A DNA stretch of 64,000 nt. Origin: Akkermansiaceae bacterium (GTDB lineage: Bacteria > Verrucomicrobiota > Verrucomicrobiia > Verrucomicrobiales > Akkermansiaceae). Shown in pieces: positions 32,277 to 45,765 of this stretch (its first letter is position 1; every line of letters starts with the position of its first letter). The notes under the pieces are model-generated. The model made no database searches. It saw only the letters and a list, made by a program, of their open reading frames with translations, and was not told the DNA's origin. The position numbers were made by a program, and so were the translations under genes. The stretch is from assembly GCA_947491475.1 (NCBI GenBank), contig CANLKN010000002.1:6956-70955 (forward strand). Direction: 5' to 3'.

Positions 32277-33204
32277 ATGCGCTGCCATCACGATCATCGG
32301 ATGGTTCTCGTGCCTCCTCATTTCCATCAGCCCGGCCGTTGAAGCTGAGGCTCCCCAAGATGAGCAGGCGCAACGGGATATGCGCTTTGGCGACACGCCC
32401 GCCGGTGAGCGCCGCATCTACAAACACTCGGCGGGCAAACCGCGTGCGCTTGAGCTGTATTTCCCGCCAAACCATGATCCCGCGAACAAGGTGCCCGGCC
32501 TGATCCTATTTCACGGCGGCGGTTGGAGCGGAGGAACACTCGCGCAGTTCCGTGCCGCCTGTGCTTATTTTGCCAGCCGCGGCCTCGTCTGCGCCACCGC
32601 CGAATACCGCATGCTCTCGCGGGACGAAACGATCGCCCTGCCCAAGGGCGAGACGAAGAAGCGCGTCTGCGTCACGGATGCCAAAAGTGCGATCCGCTGG
32701 TTCAAGCAACATGCCGGCGAACTCGGCATCGACCCGGCGCGCATCATCACCGGCGGCGGTTCCGCCGGCGGCCACATCAGCGCCATCGCCACCCTCAATC
32801 CGGGCCTCAACGACCCCGCAGATCCGGCGGACATCGACACCTCCGTCGTCGCCTACCTTTGGTTCAATCCCGCCTTCGAAGCCAAGGACGCGAAAGATCC
32901 CGAGATCGATGTGCTGCGTTTCGTGAACAAAGACCTCCCGCCCGCGGTCGTGTTTTTCGGCACCAAGGACCGCTGGAAAAAAGGCTGGGACGCCGCTCAC
33001 ACGAAATGGCTCGATGCTGGCTGCAAATCAATCGAGCTGCAACTCGCACAGAAAGAGGGGCACAGCTTCTTCAACAATCAACCTTGGAAAAGTCTCACCC
33101 TCATCGCCGCCGACCGTTTCCTCACCGGACTCGGCCTTCTCGAAGGCGAGCCCACCATGGCCGCACCCGCCACCGGCGAGACGCTGACGAGGCAGCCAAA
33201 ATAA
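32277..33204 (+). pseudogene. Alpha/beta hydrolase (HSL-like esterase); the start codon is out of frame with the signal peptide
   Basis: HGGGW, GGSAGG, GHSFFN. In-frame signal-like AAITIIGWFSCLLISISPAVEA begins at 32281, but the ATG at 32277 is one base out of frame; an internal ATG exists at 32380. Confidence 0.7.
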
Positions 33205-33299
33205 TTCATCGTCGCGCTGGCCGCCACCTTCGTGTGGATGGCCGCCAAGGTGGTGGTGATGCTGGCTTCAATTTGAAGCAACAGGCTGGAAAGACGGAG

Positions 33300-33866
33300 T
33301 TATCTCCAGTCCACGGCAACCTCGGCGATGCCGCCTTTTTTATCGTCGTATTTGAGCAACCCGCGCGTGAGGGCGTATTCGTGCACGCACTTGGTGACCT
33401 TCACGTCATAAGCGCAGTATTCGGCGATTTTGCGCAGCGGGGCGAAATCACCGGATTTCTTGTGTTCCTGCCACCAGCGCAAGGCGTCGAGGCCATCAGC
33501 GGTCTTGCCGATGCCGAGGGTGGCGGTGGCTACGGAGTCGAGCTTGAGCCGGAACCCAAGGCGCTTTTCCAGATCCACCATCATGTCGAGATTGAGCGTT
33601 TGTTCGGTAAGCGTGTGAAACACGTAAGGCTGCAGCACCGGATAATCGAACTGCATGTGGTTCCAGCCGACAACGAGATCCGCGCGAATAAGTTCCTCAC
33701 CGAGCTTCTCCATTTCGCCTTCCGGGTAAATTTGGTAGGTTCCACGCCTTGTGCTGAAAGTGACGGCCACGGAAATCCCCATCTTTGCTTTGTGGGAAAA
33801 TCCGCCCACGTCGTTGAAGCTGCGCTGGGTTTCCAAATCAAAATAAACGATGTTTTTGTCGGCCAC
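33300..33866 (-). CDS. RNase H-like (YprB/DEDD) domain protein
   Basis: YFDLETQ, VGWNHMQFD, LKLDSVA, YCAYDV; GTG start. Confidence 0.85.
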   Translation of the reverse strand: MADKNIVYFDLETQRSFNDVGGFSHKAKMGISVAVTFSTRRGTYQIYPEGEMEKLGEELIRADLVVGWNHMQFDYPVLQPYVFHTLTEQTLNLDMMVDLEKRLGFRLKLDSVATATLGIGKTADGLDALRWWQEHKKSGDFAPLRKIAEYCAYDVKVTKCVHEYALTRGLLKYDDKKGGIAEVAVDWR

Positions 33867-34074
33867 GCGCCTTTGATAGCTGCGGCTTCCGGCATCGGGC
33901 AAGCCTTGGGTAAGGCATTCGCCTGTTCCCATCCTGGCTGCCGCCCAAGACAGGCCGGAAGCCGATCTGTTTCTTGTGACTTGACCCAATGGCATCGTCC
34001 GCGCAGTGTGCCGCCCCGCTGCGAGCTCCAATGGCCGTGGCGTGCCCTAACTTAACCGAACCAACCGCTCCGCC

Positions 34075-35121
34075 ATGGCCGCGAAGATCTATACCACCAA
34101 GGACGCTCCGATCGCTCCATTGAAAAAGAAAACCCTCGCCGTGATCGGCTTCGGCTCACAAGGCCATGCCCACGCGCTCAACCTCAAGGACAGTGGCCTC
34201 AAGGTCATCATCGGCCTCTACAAGAAGTCGAAGTCCCGCGAAGTCGCCAAGAAACTCGGCTTCGAGGTCATGGACACCGCGGATGCGGTCAAGGCAGCTG
34301 ACGTCATCTTCGTCGCAACTCCGGACACCGTGATCCCCGCAGTTTACAACAAGGACATCGCGCCGAACCTCACCAAAGGCAAAACCCTGCTCTTCTCCCA
34401 CGGTTTCGCCGTGCACTTCAAGACGATCGAGTTGCCCAAGGATATCGATGTGATCCTCGTCGCGCCGAAAGGTCCGGGCCACACCGTGCGTTCGCAATTT
34501 GTCGCCGGCAAAGGCGTTCCCGGCTTGATCGCCGTTCATCAGGATGTCACTGGCAACGCCAAGAAAAACGCTCTTGCCTGGGCAGGCGGCGTTGGTTGCG
34601 CCCGTGCCGGTGTTTTTGAAACCAACTTCCGCGAGGAAACCGTGACCGACCTTTTCGGCGAGCAGTGCGTGCTTTGCGGCGGCGCTTCCGCGCTGGTCAA
34701 GGCGGGTTTCGAAACGCTGGTCGAAGCCGGCTATCAACCCGAGATGGCCTACTTCGAGTGCCTTCACGAGCTCAAGCTCATCGTGGACCTCATGAACGAG
34801 CAGGGCATCGCCGGCATGCGTTTCTCCATCTCCGAAACCGCCGAGTGGGGCGACGTTTCCGTGGGTCCCAAAATCATCGACGCCTCTGTCAAGAAGCGGA
34901 TGCAAAAGCAGCTCAAGGAAATTGAAAACGGCAAGTTCGCCAAGGAGTGGATCGCCGAATATGCAGGCGGCTACAAGCGCTTCAACGCAATCCGCAAGGC
35001 CGAGGCCAACCACCAAATCGAAAAAGTCGGTGCCAAGCTCCGCTCCACGATGAGCTGGATCAAACAGAGCAAGATCAAGAAGGGAGCCAGCCAGGCGAGC
35101 CTGATCTCGAGCTCGAAGTAA
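34075..35121 (+). CDS. ilvC: Ketol-acid reductoisomerase
   Basis: [38 protein letters not shown]. Confidence 0.98.
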   Translation: MAAKIYTTKDAPIAPLKKKTLAVIGFGSQGHAHALNLKDSGLKVIIGLYKKSKSREVAKKLGFEVMDTADAVKAADVIFVATPDTVIPAVYNKDIAPNLTKGKTLLFSHGFAVHFKTIELPKDIDVILVAPKGPGHTVRSQFVAGKGVPGLIAVHQDVTGNAKKNALAWAGGVGCARAGVFETNFREETVTDLFGEQCVLCGGASALVKAGFETLVEAGYQPEMAYFECLHELKLIVDLMNEQGIAGMRFSISETAEWGDVSVGPKIIDASVKKRMQKQLKEIENGKFAKEWIAEYAGGYKRFNAIRKAEANHQIEKVGAKLRSTMSWIKQSKIKKGASQASLISSSK

Positions 35122-35138
35122 GCCGCAGCATCTATCAC

Positions 35139-35176
35139 AAAACGCCCGCGTCCCTCACCAGGGAGCGGGCGTTTTT
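35139..35176. terminator. Intrinsic (likely bidirectional) terminator after ilvC
   Basis: AAAACGCCCGCgTCCCT-cacc-AGGGAGCGGGCGTTTTT between convergent genes. Confidence 0.85.
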
Positions 35177-35192
35177 GCGTGAAGGATTCGTT

Positions 35193-36746
35193 TCACGCAT
35201 TCTCCCGCGTCACGGCTGGCCAGGCCGCGGCCGCATCGCCCCAGCTGCGCCAGCCTTCGGTGAGTTCGAGCTTCAGCCACGCTCCTAACAGCGGCAGGAC
35301 TTTCCGGATGTCGCTGTTCTTGAGGGTGAAGCCGGGGATCAGGACGCGGCGGCGGTCGTTGGTTTTTCCGAGAGCGCCGAGGCGACGGCGGCGCGCGGCG
35401 ATCTTGGCGAAGCGGCGGTTGTAAACGCGCATCAGCGAGGAGATCGGACCGGCCGCGGGATGGGTGAATGGTGCTGTTAGAAAACCCCGCTCGCCTTCGT
35501 TGAACACGGCGCGGACAACGCCCCAGTAGTACAGCCCGAGATCGAGGTGGAAGGCGAGATTCATCAAATCAAACTCACCGATGTAATGATACTTGTCCCG
35601 GTAGAGCGCATCGAACCAGCGGTTGTGACAAAGCATGAGATCGCGGTTGTGGCTTTCGGTTAGAGCCGCAACCGGCTCGCCGGCGCGCTGACGGGTAATG
35701 GTGTCCGCGGCGCGGCTGGCGGTGAAGGAAATCCAGTCCATCCCCGGGCTGTAAAATGGATCGATGAAAGCCGCTGCATCGCCGACGAGTGTGAAGCCGT
35801 CACCGGCGAAGGTATTGCTGTAATAAGCGAGGCTCTTGCGGTAGTGCAGATCTTCCGGCACATAATGCGCGTTTTCCAACATCTCGCGCGCGACCGGATG
35901 GCGCATGAGAAACGTTTTCAAACGCTCGCCGATATTGTCGCCGTCCTGCGGAAAATCGACGAGACGCTGGTCGAACACGACACCCACGCTCACATCGCCG
36001 CCTTTGAGAGGAATCCACCAGCTCCACCAACCATCGCCTATGATGTGATTGGTGGCGGTGCCGCGGGTGCCGTATTGCACGGCCGCCCATTCCGGATATC
36101 TCTCCGCAAGCTCGCGGCCGTCCCAATCCTTGACACCCTTCCAGCGCGACCAGGCGGAGGCCGTGGGGTGATCGTTGTTAGGCATCCACCAGCCATGCTT
36201 GCGGGCGAGCATGGCGATGTGGCCTGAGGCATCGACGATCCAGCGCGCTCTCAAGGTGCGTTTGGCATCGCCTTGCTTCACATCGAGCATCTGCATGCCG
36301 CCTGCAACCAGGCGGATGTTGGAAACAATGGCTGGCCGCAGCAAGGCGACACCGTCGTTTTCCGCGCGGCGCAGCACCTCCTCATCGAGTGCTGCGCGGT
36401 CGATCTGATAGGACGGCAGCCGTGCCAGATAGCGGGGACCGACTTCCGACGCCTGGTCGAGGGTCTCCACCTTGTCGTTGGCGAACCAGAAGCGCAGCCC
36501 TTGTTTGGCGATGTGCGCGTCGTTGAGATATTGCGTGAGCCCCAGCACACGGCCGAGGAAATAGCCGCTCACCTCGACGGTCGCCTCGCCCACCCGACGA
36601 CCGAAGATTTCGGATTTTTCCACGATAAGAACGCGGATGCCGGGATTTTTCCGTAGCAGCAAGGTCGCGGTGGCGGACCCGGAAAGCGCGCCGCCGATCA
36701 CAATGACATCGTAATCGGGTGTGAGCTCATCAATCGGCGCGGGCAT
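35193..36746 (-). CDS. Flavin-dependent halogenase-like FAD oxidoreductase
   Basis: DVIVIGGALSG, VGEAT, KQGLRFWF, WWSWWIPL (WxWxIP), GDAAAFIDPFYSPG. Confidence 0.85.
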   Translation of the reverse strand: MPAPIDELTPDYDVIVIGGALSGSATATLLLRKNPGIRVLIVEKSEIFGRRVGEATVEVSGYFLGRVLGLTQYLNDAHIAKQGLRFWFANDKVETLDQASEVGPRYLARLPSYQIDRAALDEEVLRRAENDGVALLRPAIVSNIRLVAGGMQMLDVKQGDAKRTLRARWIVDASGHIAMLARKHGWWMPNNDHPTASAWSRWKGVKDWDGRELAERYPEWAAVQYGTRGTATNHIIGDGWWSWWIPLKGGDVSVGVVFDQRLVDFPQDGDNIGERLKTFLMRHPVAREMLENAHYVPEDLHYRKSLAYYSNTFAGDGFTLVGDAAAFIDPFYSPGMDWISFTASRAADTITRQRAGEPVAALTESHNRDLMLCHNRWFDALYRDKYHYIGEFDLMNLAFHLDLGLYYWGVVRAVFNEGERGFLTAPFTHPAAGPISSLMRVYNRRFAKIAARRRRLGALGKTNDRRRVLIPGFTLKNSDIRKVLPLLGAWLKLELTEGWRSWGDAAAAWPAVTRENA

Positions 36747-36889
36747 CGGCGGCAAGTATTGATCGGATCGTGGCGAATGCAACAAAGGGAAATCGACCCG
36801 GAACACCGATCATCGATGCGTTACAAGATCTTGCGCATTCTCACTTTCCGCTTTTCCGCAGGAGGGTGCGGCCGTAGTTTCCTGCCGCC

Positions 36890-37900
36890 ATGAGCAGTTG
36901 CGCACCGAAAATGAAAATGGACCCGACCCTTCACCGGCTTCAAAAACCGGAATGGATCAAGGTGCGGCTGCCGAACAACCCGGAGTTCTGGTCCACCAAG
37001 TCGCTCATCACCGATCTCAAATTGGTCACCGTGTGCGAGGAAGCGCAGTGCCCGAACCGTTGGGAATGCTGGAGCCAGAAAACAGCCACCTTCATGATCG
37101 CCGGGGAAAAATGCACCCGCGCCTGCGGTTTTTGTGCGGTCAAAACCGCCAAGCCGGATGCTCTTGAAGCCGACGAGCCGCAACGCGTGGCCGAGGCCAC
37201 CCGCCGCATGGGGCTGCGCCACGTGGTCATCACCGCCGTCGCCCGGGACGACCTGCGCGATGGCGGCGCGGAACATTTCAAACTAACCATCGAGGCCGTG
37301 CGCGAGGCGAATCCAGAAACCATCATCGAGGTGCTGGTGCCGGATTTCAATGATCGCGACTGGGCCTTGCAAATGGTGATGGATGCCCGCCCGCACATCT
37401 TCAACCACAATATTGAAACGGTCGAACGCCTCACACCGCTGGTCAGATCGCGCGCCCAATACCAGCGCAGCCTCACCGTTTTGAAAAAAGCCAAGGCCAT
37501 GGTGAACGGCAAGGTCGCCACCAAAAGCGGCATCATGCTCGGTCTCGGCGAGCGCCGTGAAGAAGTCCTGCGCGCCTTCGATGACCTCCGCGCCCACGAC
37601 GTGACCGTGCTCACGCTCGGCCAATACCTCCGCCCGACGCCCAAACACCTGCCGGTCGTCGAGTTCATCACTCCGGATGCTTTCAACGAATACAAACAGA
37701 TCGCCCTGGAAAAAGGCTTCCGCCACGTGGCAAGCGGTCCGCTGGTTAGAAGTTCCTACCACGCCGCCGAGTTCCGCCCTGAACTCGATGTGCTGGAAGC
37801 CATCGAGGCCGATCTCCGCGCGATGAAGGGCGTTGAACTCGGCCCCGAGCACCTTCCGCTGCCATCCATCAAACCGGAACTCGAACGCGCCATCGCCTGA
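36890..37900 (+). CDS. lipA: Lipoyl synthase
   Basis: CEEAQCPNRWEC, CTRACGFC, RSSYHA. Confidence 0.97.
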   Translation: MSSCAPKMKMDPTLHRLQKPEWIKVRLPNNPEFWSTKSLITDLKLVTVCEEAQCPNRWECWSQKTATFMIAGEKCTRACGFCAVKTAKPDALEADEPQRVAEATRRMGLRHVVITAVARDDLRDGGAEHFKLTIEAVREANPETIIEVLVPDFNDRDWALQMVMDARPHIFNHNIETVERLTPLVRSRAQYQRSLTVLKKAKAMVNGKVATKSGIMLGLGERREEVLRAFDDLRAHDVTVLTLGQYLRPTPKHLPVVEFITPDAFNEYKQIALEKGFRHVASGPLVRSSYHAAEFRPELDVLEAIEADLRAMKGVELGPEHLPLPSIKPELERAIA

Positions 37901-37906
37901 TTTCCC

Positions 37907-38368
37907 ATGCATCACTGGCTGATCAAGTCCGAGCCCGATGTTTTCTCCATCGACGACCTCGCCAAAGTCAAACGCGAGCCGTGGTCGGGTGTTCGGAACT
38001 ATCAGGCGCGCAATTTCATGTGGAAGGACATGAAACCCGGTGACCTCGCCCTGTTTTATCATTCCAACGCCAAACCGCCCGGCATCACCGGCATCGCCAA
38101 GGTCGCCGGCGCACCTTATCCGGACGAGACGCAGTTTGATCCGCAAAGCGAATACCACGATCCCAAAGCCACCCGTGACAAGCCGCGCTGGTGGTTGGTG
38201 GATTTCGAATTCGTCGGAAAATTCGCCGGAATCCTGCCGCTGGATGCGATCAAGACGGATTCCGTCCTATCGGAAATGATGGTCTGCCAACGCGGCACCC
38301 GGCTCTCAATCACTCCGGTGGACCCACTCCATTTCAAGCGCGCCTGCAAACTCGCGGGATTCAAGTGA
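37907..38368 (+). CDS. EVE domain protein
   Basis: WLIKSEP, WSGVRNYQARN, FYHS, RLSITPV. Confidence 0.93.
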   Translation: MHHWLIKSEPDVFSIDDLAKVKREPWSGVRNYQARNFMWKDMKPGDLALFYHSNAKPPGITGIAKVAGAPYPDETQFDPQSEYHDPKATRDKPRWWLVDFEFVGKFAGILPLDAIKTDSVLSEMMVCQRGTRLSITPVDPLHFKRACKLAGFK

Positions 38369-38407
38369 TAGAACTGTCCTGTTGATCGTGATCCGCTTGT
38401 CTTGCGG

Positions 38408-38629
38408 TCATTTCTTTTTCAATCCCAGCAGCAGGACGACCACTCCGCCGCCGAGCAAGGCCCACGAAAGGGCCGGCGGGACGCTGTGGCGTTCTTTCAC
38501 CTCCGCCTGAACCTTGAGCGGACCGAGGTCGATCACGTTCTCCTGCTTGGTGGTGGTGAATCCACCGTAAGCAAGCAATGCTGCTCCAGCCACAATCATA
38601 ACGATACCGACGATGCTTAGTGCTTTCAT
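38408..38629 (-). CDS. Small two-TM membrane protein (DUF3185-like)
   Basis: Two hydrophobic helices flanking YGGFTTTKQENVIDLGPLKV. Confidence 0.75.
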   Translation of the reverse strand: MKALSIVGIVMIVAGAALLAYGGFTTTKQENVIDLGPLKVQAEVKERHSVPPALSWALLGGGVVVLLLGLKKK

Positions 38630-38751
38630 AACTTCCAATGTTCAACCGGCTTTTGGCGAAAGCCAGAATGAAATCAGAATTTCGTGCAAAGCCAATGCCG
38701 GTGGCATCGTGTCTCGTAAAGATGATTGGAATGGATGCCCGGATGAAAAAA

Positions 38752-41016
<2,265 letters not shown>

Positions 41017-41092
41017 TCAATCAGGGGAGTGGTAAAAAAACCGCCGATGCCGGGCACGGCCAGCGTGGGGGATGGACCAGGCATGCCACCGC

Positions 41093-41959
41093 TCATTGTT
41101 TGCGCTCCAAGGCCAGTTCCACCAGCTTCGCCGCCTGTTCGCGGATTTCCTTCATGGTTTCCGGCTTCGGATCCTCGCCGTCCTCGATCGCCATTTCGTT
41201 GCGCAGGCCGGAAAGTAAGTTGCGCATGGCCAGGTAGTTCGGCCGTTCGGAAATGCGCGGCTCCAAGCCGGCCACCGACTCGGTGTAGTAATCCGCAATG
41301 TCCTCACGCATCAATTTGCGGGCGCGCTCCGGAGAAAACTGCTTGTCCACCGCAACGGTGGCCACTTGCAGTGCGCGAATCCAGCCGCCGAGTGAGATCA
41401 GGTGCGCGAGGTCGGCATCTTTCAGGATGACCAACTCGGTCTCCACATCCCGCTGGGTGGACGCGAGTTCTTTTTTCAACTGCGCGACATCCTTGTTTTT
41501 CGCGCTGTCGAGCAGGGCCGCGGCATGGCGGTTCACGCGGTCGCCGGCACCGAGGGCCTTGCCGTATTTCGTGAGTCTGGCGGCCAGATCCTCCACTTTC
41601 TCCAATTGCTCGGCCTGCACCATCAGGAATCCATCGGCGATCAGGAAGCCGAGTTCGATGGCAAGGTCCGCGCGGTCCAGCGGCATCCGCTCGGGCAGCT
41701 TGAGCTCGGTTTCCAAAATCGGCAGCGGCATCAGGAATTGCAGGGTGTCGAAAAGTTTCGAGATCGACGGCGCGGTGAACTCATTGACCGCCAGTTCCTC
41801 CCTCACATGCGGATCATCCAGCAGGTCCGCCGGGATGTCGTTGATTTCCCTCACCTCCCCTTCCGGCGCGGCAGCGGCGGGCGCGGATTCCTCCGCCACG
41901 GCCAGCGGCATGACCCACATCACAAGCAAGGCAGAGAGGATTGTCTTACGGATCTTCAT
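41093..41959 (-). CDS. Hypothetical exported alpha-helical protein
   Basis: 288 aa, clear signal peptide (MKIRK..LAVA), host-like codon usage. Confidence 0.8.
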   Translation of the reverse strand: MKIRKTILSALLVMWVMPLAVAEESAPAAAAPEGEVREINDIPADLLDDPHVREELAVNEFTAPSISKLFDTLQFLMPLPILETELKLPERMPLDRADLAIELGFLIADGFLMVQAEQLEKVEDLAARLTKYGKALGAGDRVNRHAAALLDSAKNKDVAQLKKELASTQRDVETELVILKDADLAHLISLGGWIRALQVATVAVDKQFSPERARKLMREDIADYYTESVAGLEPRISERPNYLAMRNLLSGLRNEMAIEDGEDPKPETMKEIREQAAKLVELALERKQ

Positions 41960-42105
41960 GCGCGGAGGATTGCATCAGGCGGCCGATTCGGCAACCGGCA
42001 AAAAGCGGAGCACCCTCGCCGTGGCCGCCGGAATCACCCGAGTTTGCACTTGCAACGACATTTCCCAGCGCCTAAGAGTCCGGTCGCACAGCTTCTGACG
42101 AAAGA

Positions 42106-42133
42106 AAGGAGTGGGTCTCGCACCCACTCTTTT
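42106..42133 (+). promoter_or_regulatory. rimP/nusA-leader-like attenuator hairpin
   Basis: AAGGAGTGGGT-CTCGC-ACCCACTCTTTT about 45 nt upstream of nusA; resembles the GAGTGGG..CCCACTC/T leader of rimP-nusA-infB operons. Confidence 0.75.
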
Positions 42134-42177
42134 GCGTCTCCGGACATCAGAAGCTGCGATTGCAGACACCGCCCGCC

Positions 42178-43464
42178 ATGACCAACGATATCGTCGCCCT
42201 CATCGAGTATTACGAAAAGGAAAAAGGAATCGACCGCGACAAGGTCGTGGCCGCTTTGGAATTCGCCTTTATCTCCGCTTACCGCAAAATGGTTCCCGGT
42301 GCGGATGCCATCGAAACACTGCGTGCCGATGTGAACACCCGCAAGGGTGAGACCCGCATTTTCGCCTCGCTGACCGTGTGCGCCGACGAGGGATACAAGG
42401 ACAAGTTCAACCAGGTGCCGCTCACCACCGCGCTCAAAAAGAATCCCGCCGCGCAGCCCGGAGACATCCAGGAGTTCAACGTCACGCCCAAGGATTTCGG
42501 CCGCATCGCCGTGCAAACCGCCAAGCAGACGATGATGCAGCGGCTCCGCCAGGCGGAAAAGGAAATGATTTACGAGGAGTTCAAGGACCGGGCAGGCGAC
42601 ATCGTTTCGGGCACCGTCCGCCGATTCGAGCGCAATGACGTGATGATCGACCTCGGCAAGTTCGAGGGCGTCATGCCAAACAAAGAGCGCGTCCAAGGCG
42701 AGGACTACAACATCGGCGACCGCATCCGTTGCTACGTCTTGGCGGTGGAAAACGAAGGCCGCGGCCCCGAGATCATCCTCTCGCGCAGCCACCCGAACTT
42801 CGTCCGCCGCTTGTTCGAAGCCGAGGTGAATGAAATTTCCGACCGCACTGTGGAAATCCGCGGCATCGCCCGCGAGTCCGGTTTCCGCACCAAAGTCGCC
42901 GTCTGGAGCATGGACCCGAAAGTGGACCCCGTAGGTGCCTGCGTCGGCATGCGCGGCGCGCGCGTCAAAAACATCGTCCGCGAGCTCAACAACGAGAAGG
43001 TGGACATCATCCGCTGGAGCGAGGACCCGCGTGAATTCGTGCGCGAGGCACTCAAACCCGCCGAACTCCGCTCGATCACCATTGATGAGGCAAACAAGGT
43101 CGTCCACGTCACCGTCGATGAGGCGGATCTCAGCAAGGCAATCGGCCGCAAGGGCCAGAACGCCCGCCTTTCCTCACGCCTGATGGGCTGGGACGTCCAG
43201 GTCCGCCGCGACGAGTCGAAGGAAGAGCAGTTCAAAGAGAAAATCGGTGGAGCTGCCCACACACTTGGCGAACAACTCGGAATCTCCGACGAACTCGCCG
43301 AAAAACTCACCGTCGCCGGCGGCATCTCACCGGAATTCATCACCGGCATGTCCGAAGAAGACATTTCGGAGGCCTTGGAAATTTCCATCGAAGAGGCCGC
43401 GCCCATCCTCGCCCGCGCCTTGGCCATTGTCAGCAATGCCGAATCCGACGACACCAACGACTAA
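42178..43464 (+). CDS. nusA: Transcription termination factor NusA
   Basis: [36 protein letters not shown]. Confidence 0.98.
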   Translation: MTNDIVALIEYYEKEKGIDRDKVVAALEFAFISAYRKMVPGADAIETLRADVNTRKGETRIFASLTVCADEGYKDKFNQVPLTTALKKNPAAQPGDIQEFNVTPKDFGRIAVQTAKQTMMQRLRQAEKEMIYEEFKDRAGDIVSGTVRRFERNDVMIDLGKFEGVMPNKERVQGEDYNIGDRIRCYVLAVENEGRGPEIILSRSHPNFVRRLFEAEVNEISDRTVEIRGIARESGFRTKVAVWSMDPKVDPVGACVGMRGARVKNIVRELNNEKVDIIRWSEDPREFVREALKPAELRSITIDEANKVVHVTVDEADLSKAIGRKGQNARLSSRLMGWDVQVRRDESKEEQFKEKIGGAAHTLGEQLGISDELAEKLTVAGGISPEFITGMSEEDISEALEISIEEAAPILARALAIVSNAESDDTND

Positions 43465-43518
43465 GTTCCATAACTTTTGCACTCCCCCACCCTACCTCGA
43501 ACACCGCAGATCAGCCGG

Positions 43519-45669
43519 ATGCCAAAAAACAGCGACAGCTCACCCGAAAAGGAAAAAGTGCTCGATCTTCTCGATACGGGCAAAAAACCGTCACGCCGTG
43601 AGCGCCAGCGCAAGGAAGCCGAACCCGCAGCCCCCGCCGCACCCAGCAAGCTGGAAAAGGCCAAAAGCGAAGCGCTCGATCTGTTTTCCGAGGAAAAGAA
43701 ACCCAAGGTGCGCAAGACCGTCAGCGCCGCCAAACCTGGCCTGACCCCTATCTCCAAGCTGCTTGACCGCGAGGAACCGATCATCGTCAAGCATCCTGCC
43801 AGTGCGCCCGTGCCGTCGCCCGAGGTTGCCCAAGCCGCTGTTTCCGTTGCGGATGCCGTTGCGGATGACGTCGACGCTTCCGCCGATCCCAAGCTGATCG
43901 TCATCAAGCCACCCATCCTCATTCCCGAGCTGGCCGCGCGCCTTGGAGTCAAACCCTTCAAAATCACTGCCGACCTGATCAAGATCGGCGTTTTCCCCGG
44001 CCCCAACCAACCACTCGAACCGGACATCGCCGCCAAAATCTGCGAAATGCACGGCTTCACCTTCGAGCGCGAAAAGCGCGACAAGGACAAGGGTTTCCAC
44101 AAAATCGAGGAAGTCATTAAAGAACCGGAAGTCCCCGCCGAGGAGCCCGAGGACCAACTCAAGGACCGTCCGCCCATCGTCACGATCATGGGCCATGTGG
44201 ACCACGGCAAAACCTCCATCCTCGACTTCTTCCGCAAGTCCAAGGTGGTCGCTGGCGAAGCGGGTGGCATCACCCAGCACATCGGGGCCTATCAGGTGAT
44301 CCACAACGACCGGGAAATCACCTTCCTCGACACCCCCGGCCACGCGATTTTCTCCGACATGCGCGCCCGCGGCGCGGACATCACCGACATCGTCATCATT
44401 GTGGTCGCCGCCAACGACGGAATCATGCCGCAGACACTTGAGGCCATCAATCACGCTAAAAAGGCCGGTAAAACCATCATCGTCGCCATCAACAAGTGCG
44501 ATCTGCCGTCCGCTAATGTGGACCGCGTGAAAAGCCAGCTTGCTGAAAACGGCCTGCAAACCACCGACTTCGGAGGCGACACGGAATTCGCCGCAGTTTC
44601 CGCGCTTAACGGCCAGGGCATGGAGGATCTGCTCGAGTTGGTCGCCCTGCAGGCCGAAGTTCTCGAACTCAAGGCCAACCCCAAAACCACCACCCGCGCC
44701 GCCGTCATCGAAGCCCGTGTGGTCCCCGGCCGTGGCACCACCGCCACTGTCATCATCGAGTCCGGCACCCTCAAGACCGGCATGCCCTTCATTTGCGGCC
44801 CGTTTTCCGGAAAAGTCCGCTCGCTGGTCAACGACCGCGGCCAGACCATCAAATCCGCCCACCCCGGTATGCCCGTGGAAGTCATCGGTTTTGAGGAACT
44901 CCCCAACGTCGGCGATCACCTCACCGAGATGAAAACCGAGCGCGAGGCCAAGACGCTGGCCAGCGAGCGCCAGGAAGCGATGCGCCTTGAACGACTCAAA
45001 CCGCAGCACCGCAACCGCATGCAGGATCTCTACGCCATGGTCAACGATGGCGGCGGCAAGGCCCAGCTCAAGCTCATCCTCAAGTGCGACGTGCAAGGCT
45101 CCGTGGAAGCCATCAGGAAAGCCGTGCTCGCCATCGAATCTGCAAAGGTCGAGTCCTCGTTCATCACCGCCGCCGCCGGCCCTATCACTGAGTCGGACGT
45201 CGCCTACGCCGCATCCACCGATGCCATTATCCTCGGCTTCAACGTCAAGGTCGAGGCCAAGGCAGTCAAGGCCGCCAAGGCCGCCGAGGTGGAAATCAAA
45301 CTCTACTCTGTGGTTTACGAACTCATCGACCAAGTGCGCGAGGCAATGCTCGGACTGCTCGAACCGCTCACCCGCGAGACGGTCATTGGCCACGCAGAGG
45401 TCCGCCAGGTGTTCAAGCTCTCGCGCGGCCGTGCCGCCGGTTCGTTTGTCACCGACGGCCGCATCCACCGCAAGGCCCACGCCCGCGTCATCCGCGGCGG
45501 CATCCCGGTCTTCGACGGCCGAATGTCCACGCTCCGCCGCTTCCAGGAAGAAGTCGAGGAAGTCCGCACCAACTTCGAATGCGGCATCCGCCTTGGCGAA
45601 TTCAATGAATACCAGGAAGGCGACATCATCGAGTGCTACAAACTCGATAAAGTCCCGCAGACGCTGTGA
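43519..45669 (+). CDS. infB: Translation initiation factor IF-2
   Basis: [25 protein letters not shown]. Confidence 0.98.
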   Translation: MPKNSDSSPEKEKVLDLLDTGKKPSRRERQRKEAEPAAPAAPSKLEKAKSEALDLFSEEKKPKVRKTVSAAKPGLTPISKLLDREEPIIVKHPASAPVPSPEVAQAAVSVADAVADDVDASADPKLIVIKPPILIPELAARLGVKPFKITADLIKIGVFPGPNQPLEPDIAAKICEMHGFTFEREKRDKDKGFHKIEEVIKEPEVPAEEPEDQLKDRPPIVTIMGHVDHGKTSILDFFRKSKVVAGEAGGITQHIGAYQVIHNDREITFLDTPGHAIFSDMRARGADITDIVIIVVAANDGIMPQTLEAINHAKKAGKTIIVAINKCDLPSANVDRVKSQLAENGLQTTDFGGDTEFAAVSALNGQGMEDLLELVALQAEVLELKANPKTTTRAAVIEARVVPGRGTTATVIIESGTLKTGMPFICGPFSGKVRSLVNDRGQTIKSAHPGMPVEVIGFEELPNVGDHLTEMKTEREAKTLASERQEAMRLERLKPQHRNRMQDLYAMVNDGGGKAQLKLILKCDVQGSVEAIRKAVLAIESAKVESSFITAAAGPITESDVAYAASTDAIILGFNVKVEAKAVKAAKAAEVEIKLYSVVYELIDQVREAMLGLLEPLTRETVIGHAEVRQVFKLSRGRAAGSFVTDGRIHRKAHARVIRGGIPVFDGRMSTLRRFQEEVEEVRTNFECGIRLGEFNEYQEGDIIECYKLDKVPQTL

Positions 45670-45673
45670 AGTA

Positions 45674-45757
45674 AAAGCTGAGATTCTGAAATGCTGAAAA
45701 GCTGAAATTCAGAGTTCAATCTTCGAAGTTTTATCATATTTCAGCATCCCAGCATTT
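45674..45757. repeat. Octamer tandem repeats with an inverted copy (hairpin) between infB and rbfA
   Basis: AAAGCTGA GATTCTGA AATGCTGA AAAGCTGA ... TTTCAGCA TCCCAGCA TTT. Confidence 0.75.
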
Positions 45758-45765
45758 ACCACCAA

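Noticed and set aside
23930..32281. Programmed ribosomal frameshifting at the five frameshift sites
   Set aside because: No slippery heptamers (X XXY YYZ) or shared stimulatory structure are seen at the sites.
43591..45480. Long antisense ORFs (also 11498-12670, 32523-34055, 34156-35016, 60065-61375)
   Set aside because: Shadow ORFs expected opposite or overlapping high-GC genes with biased codon usage.
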